The notes under the pieces are model-generated. The model was not told the DNA's origin and made no database searches. It saw only the letters and a list, made by a program, of their open reading frames with translations. Shown here in pieces: positions 55,092-56,842 of a stretch of 56,842 nt of DNA. Positions within the stretch are counted from its first letter, which is position 1. The number at the start of each line of letters is the position of its first letter. The position numbers and the translations under genes are program-made. The stretch comes from an uncultured Syntrophaceae bacterium (GTDB lineage Bacteria; Desulfobacterota; Syntrophia; Syntrophales; UBA2210): contig CAZNBR010000003.1 in the NCBI GenBank assembly GCA_964571315.1, positions 1 through 56,842 of the forward strand. Direction: 5' to 3'.

Positions 55092-56842
55092 ATGACAGTC
55101 AAAATCAACCCCTTTACCGGGGGTATGGAACTTTCTGGATTAATAAAAGGGATTGCCTTTGCCGGAGCCTGCAACAGCGACATGACGCCGTCGACAACGG
55201 CTGTTGTGTGCGCTCACCTCTCCGGGTATGGCGATGATTATTTCAATAATCATTTTTATCTGCAGGTGATCAAAGGGGCAAACGAACTGCTTACGGTCGA
55301 CGGGGCGCCAGCACCTGCGGATTTTGCAGCAGGAGCGACGCTGACGGGCGACGACAGCGCCGAAACCTGCGTGGTTGTGGCAAAACTCACATCCACAACC
55401 TATATTGTCACGTCTCGCAGCGGCGACTTTGATGACGGGGAGGTAATCTCCGCCGGGACGAACAGCGTCGATTGCGGCGCGGGATATCCGACGTTTGCCG
55501 CTGCAGCAGCTCCGGAACATGAGGTGCGGAAGATCACCGATTATGTGAGTCTTACCGGAACATTCACAGTAGATGCCTTCAGTCAGATCGTGGACGGCTT
55601 GGACGAGATCCTGGTAGTTCATGAATCGCTCATTTCGCTGGGACGAAATGACGCGAACAACGTCTTTGACTCTTCAGCGGTAACATCCAACGAGGATGGC
55701 ACAGTTCTTGAACGGCTCCAGTGGGTTCAGGAAACGCTCGGCGGCGCAGCGATTCAACTCCGAACGGAGAAGTCTGCCACGGCAACGGTTGAGGAAAACG
55801 CCTTCATGCAGTTTTCGATATCCTTGATGGACATCGATACGGGCGCGGTCTTGTTTGCGGATATCAACATCGCGGCAATCGTCGTCGAGTTGGCAAAATC
55901 GACGGGCGGCGGCGCCTTCTCTGCGGTGGGAATCACGCAACCAACGTTCATCGCGGCGGATGGCCGTGTCTATACGTCCGTGCAATTCCTGGCGGCAGAG
56001 TGGCAGGTGGGCGACGTCTATCGAATGACGGTTTCGGGGATCACCTGCACCGTTGGTGGAGACGTGGCGTATGTACCCTCCATGGTATGGTCGAACATGG
56101 TTGTTGAGGCGTTGTCGCTGGACGGCCAGGTCAAGGCCATCCAGGCTGACATCGGCGATCCTTCAACCCGGACCTTTCTCCAGTCGCTGGAGGCGATGCT
56201 GGGCAATCCGGATGCTGCGGGGAAGACGATCTTCGCCAACCTGGGTGATTTTATCGGGCAGACAAATCTGCAATCTCTGCTTGCCGCCCTGGGTGTCCCG
56301 GACGTGGCAGGTAAATCTCTCTATGTCTGCATGATCACGGACCGGCTGGACAGCGCGGTCTATGGGCTCGATGCACTGCATACTCACCTGGCGGATATCG
56401 AGACGGCGGTGGATGACATCCATGACACTGACCTGCCGGCGGTAAAGACGGTCGTGGACGACCTTCATGACACTGACCTGCCGGCGGTGAAGACCGTGGT
56501 TGATGCCATCCAGGCTGACATCGGCGATCCTTCAACACGGACCTTTCTCCAGTCGCTGGAGGCGATGCTGGGTAATCCCGACGAGGCGGGGAAGACGATC
56601 TTCGCCAACCTAGGAGATTTTATCGGGCAGACAAATCTGCAATCTCTGCTTGCCGCCCTGGGTGTCCCGGACGTGGCAGGTAAATCTCTCTATGTCTGCA
56701 TGATCACGGACCGGCTGGACAGCGCGGTCTATGGGCTCGATGCACTGCATACTCACCTGGCGGATATCGAGACGGCGGTGGATGACATCCATGACACTGA
56801 CCTGCCGGCGGTAAAGACGGTCGTGGACGACCTTCATGACAC
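55092..56842 (+). CDS. N-terminal part of the tail fibre/stalk protein (continues at position 597 after circularisation, ends 1791)
   Basis: GGAGG RBS and ATG at 55092 (MTVKINPFTGGMEL...). I read the frame open to the window end; it is absent from the ORF track because it has no stop. Confidence 0.8.
   Translation, partial: MTVKINPFTGGMELSGLIKGIAFAGACNSDMTPSTTAVVCAHLSGYGDDYFNNHFYLQVIKGANELLTVDGAPAPADFAAGATLTGDDSAETCVVVAKLTSTTYIVTSRSGDFDDGEVISAGTNSVDCGAGYPTFAAAAAPEHEVRKITDYVSLTGTFTVDAFSQIVDGLDEILVVHESLISLGRNDANNVFDSSAVTSNEDGTVLERLQWVQETLGGAAIQLRTEKSATATVEENAFMQFSISLMDIDTGAVLFADINIAAIVVELAKSTGGGAFSAVGITQPTFIAADGRVYTSVQFLAAEWQVGDVYRMTVSGITCTVGGDVAYVPSMVWSNMVVEALSLDGQVKAIQADIGDPSTRTFLQSLEAMLGNPDAAGKTIFANLGDFIGQTNLQSLLAALGVPDVAGKSLYVCMITDRLDSAVYGLDALHTHLADIETAVDDIHDTDLPAVKTVVDDLHDTDLPAVKTVVDAIQADIGDPSTRTFLQSLEAMLGNPDEAGKTIFANLGDFIGQTNLQSLLAALGVPDVAGKSLYVCMITDRLDSAVYGLDALHTHLADIETAVDDIHDTDLPAVKTVVDDLHD
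56247..56842. repeat. Terminal direct repeat, copy 2
   Basis: Matches 1-596. Confidence 0.9.

Noticed and set aside
56247-56842. Biological direct terminal repeat of the virion DNA
   Set aside because: It falls inside a tandem-repeat coding region, where assemblers break circular contigs, so it is more likely an assembly overlap.

Overview
The window is an essentially complete, circularly permuted temperate podovirus-type phage genome of about 56,246 bp. Positions 56247-56842 repeat positions 1-596, and a ~981-aa tail-fibre ORF runs across that junction. Modules in order: tail fibre and receptor-binding genes; a diversity-generating retroelement (DGR); lysis; attP (3' half of tRNA-Lys-CTT) with a tyrosine integrase; a cI/cro-like switch; early and replication genes (AEP primase-SF3 helicase, ParB-like, DUF5131); a serine recombinase; terminase, portal, scaffold and capsid; podovirus tail and ejection genes; and a 4774-aa DarB-like polyvalent protein. 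The main result is the DGR. One 114-bp template repeat (TR, 3438-3551) matches the variable repeat (VR) of the adjacent Mtd-like gene with 13 differences. It also matches the VR of a remote, N-terminally truncated paralogue ~9 kb away in the early/replication operon with 8 differences. Every difference falls on a TR adenine. The remote gene is present as an exact 842-bp tandem duplication. No avd gene is recognisable, and a small beta-rich ORF overlaps the RT end instead. Other unusual signals: a TnpV-like gene overprinted inside the giant gene with its own promoter and RBS; a 51-aa miniprotein matching three repeats inserted in the tail nozzle; a small protein carrying a copy of the scaffold C-terminal motif; a 47-aa early miniprotein resembling a piece of the phage's own helicase; a Hint domain on an ejection protein; and a 24-bp inverted repeat near the serine recombinase. 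All family calls come from motif recognition by eye, without database searches.
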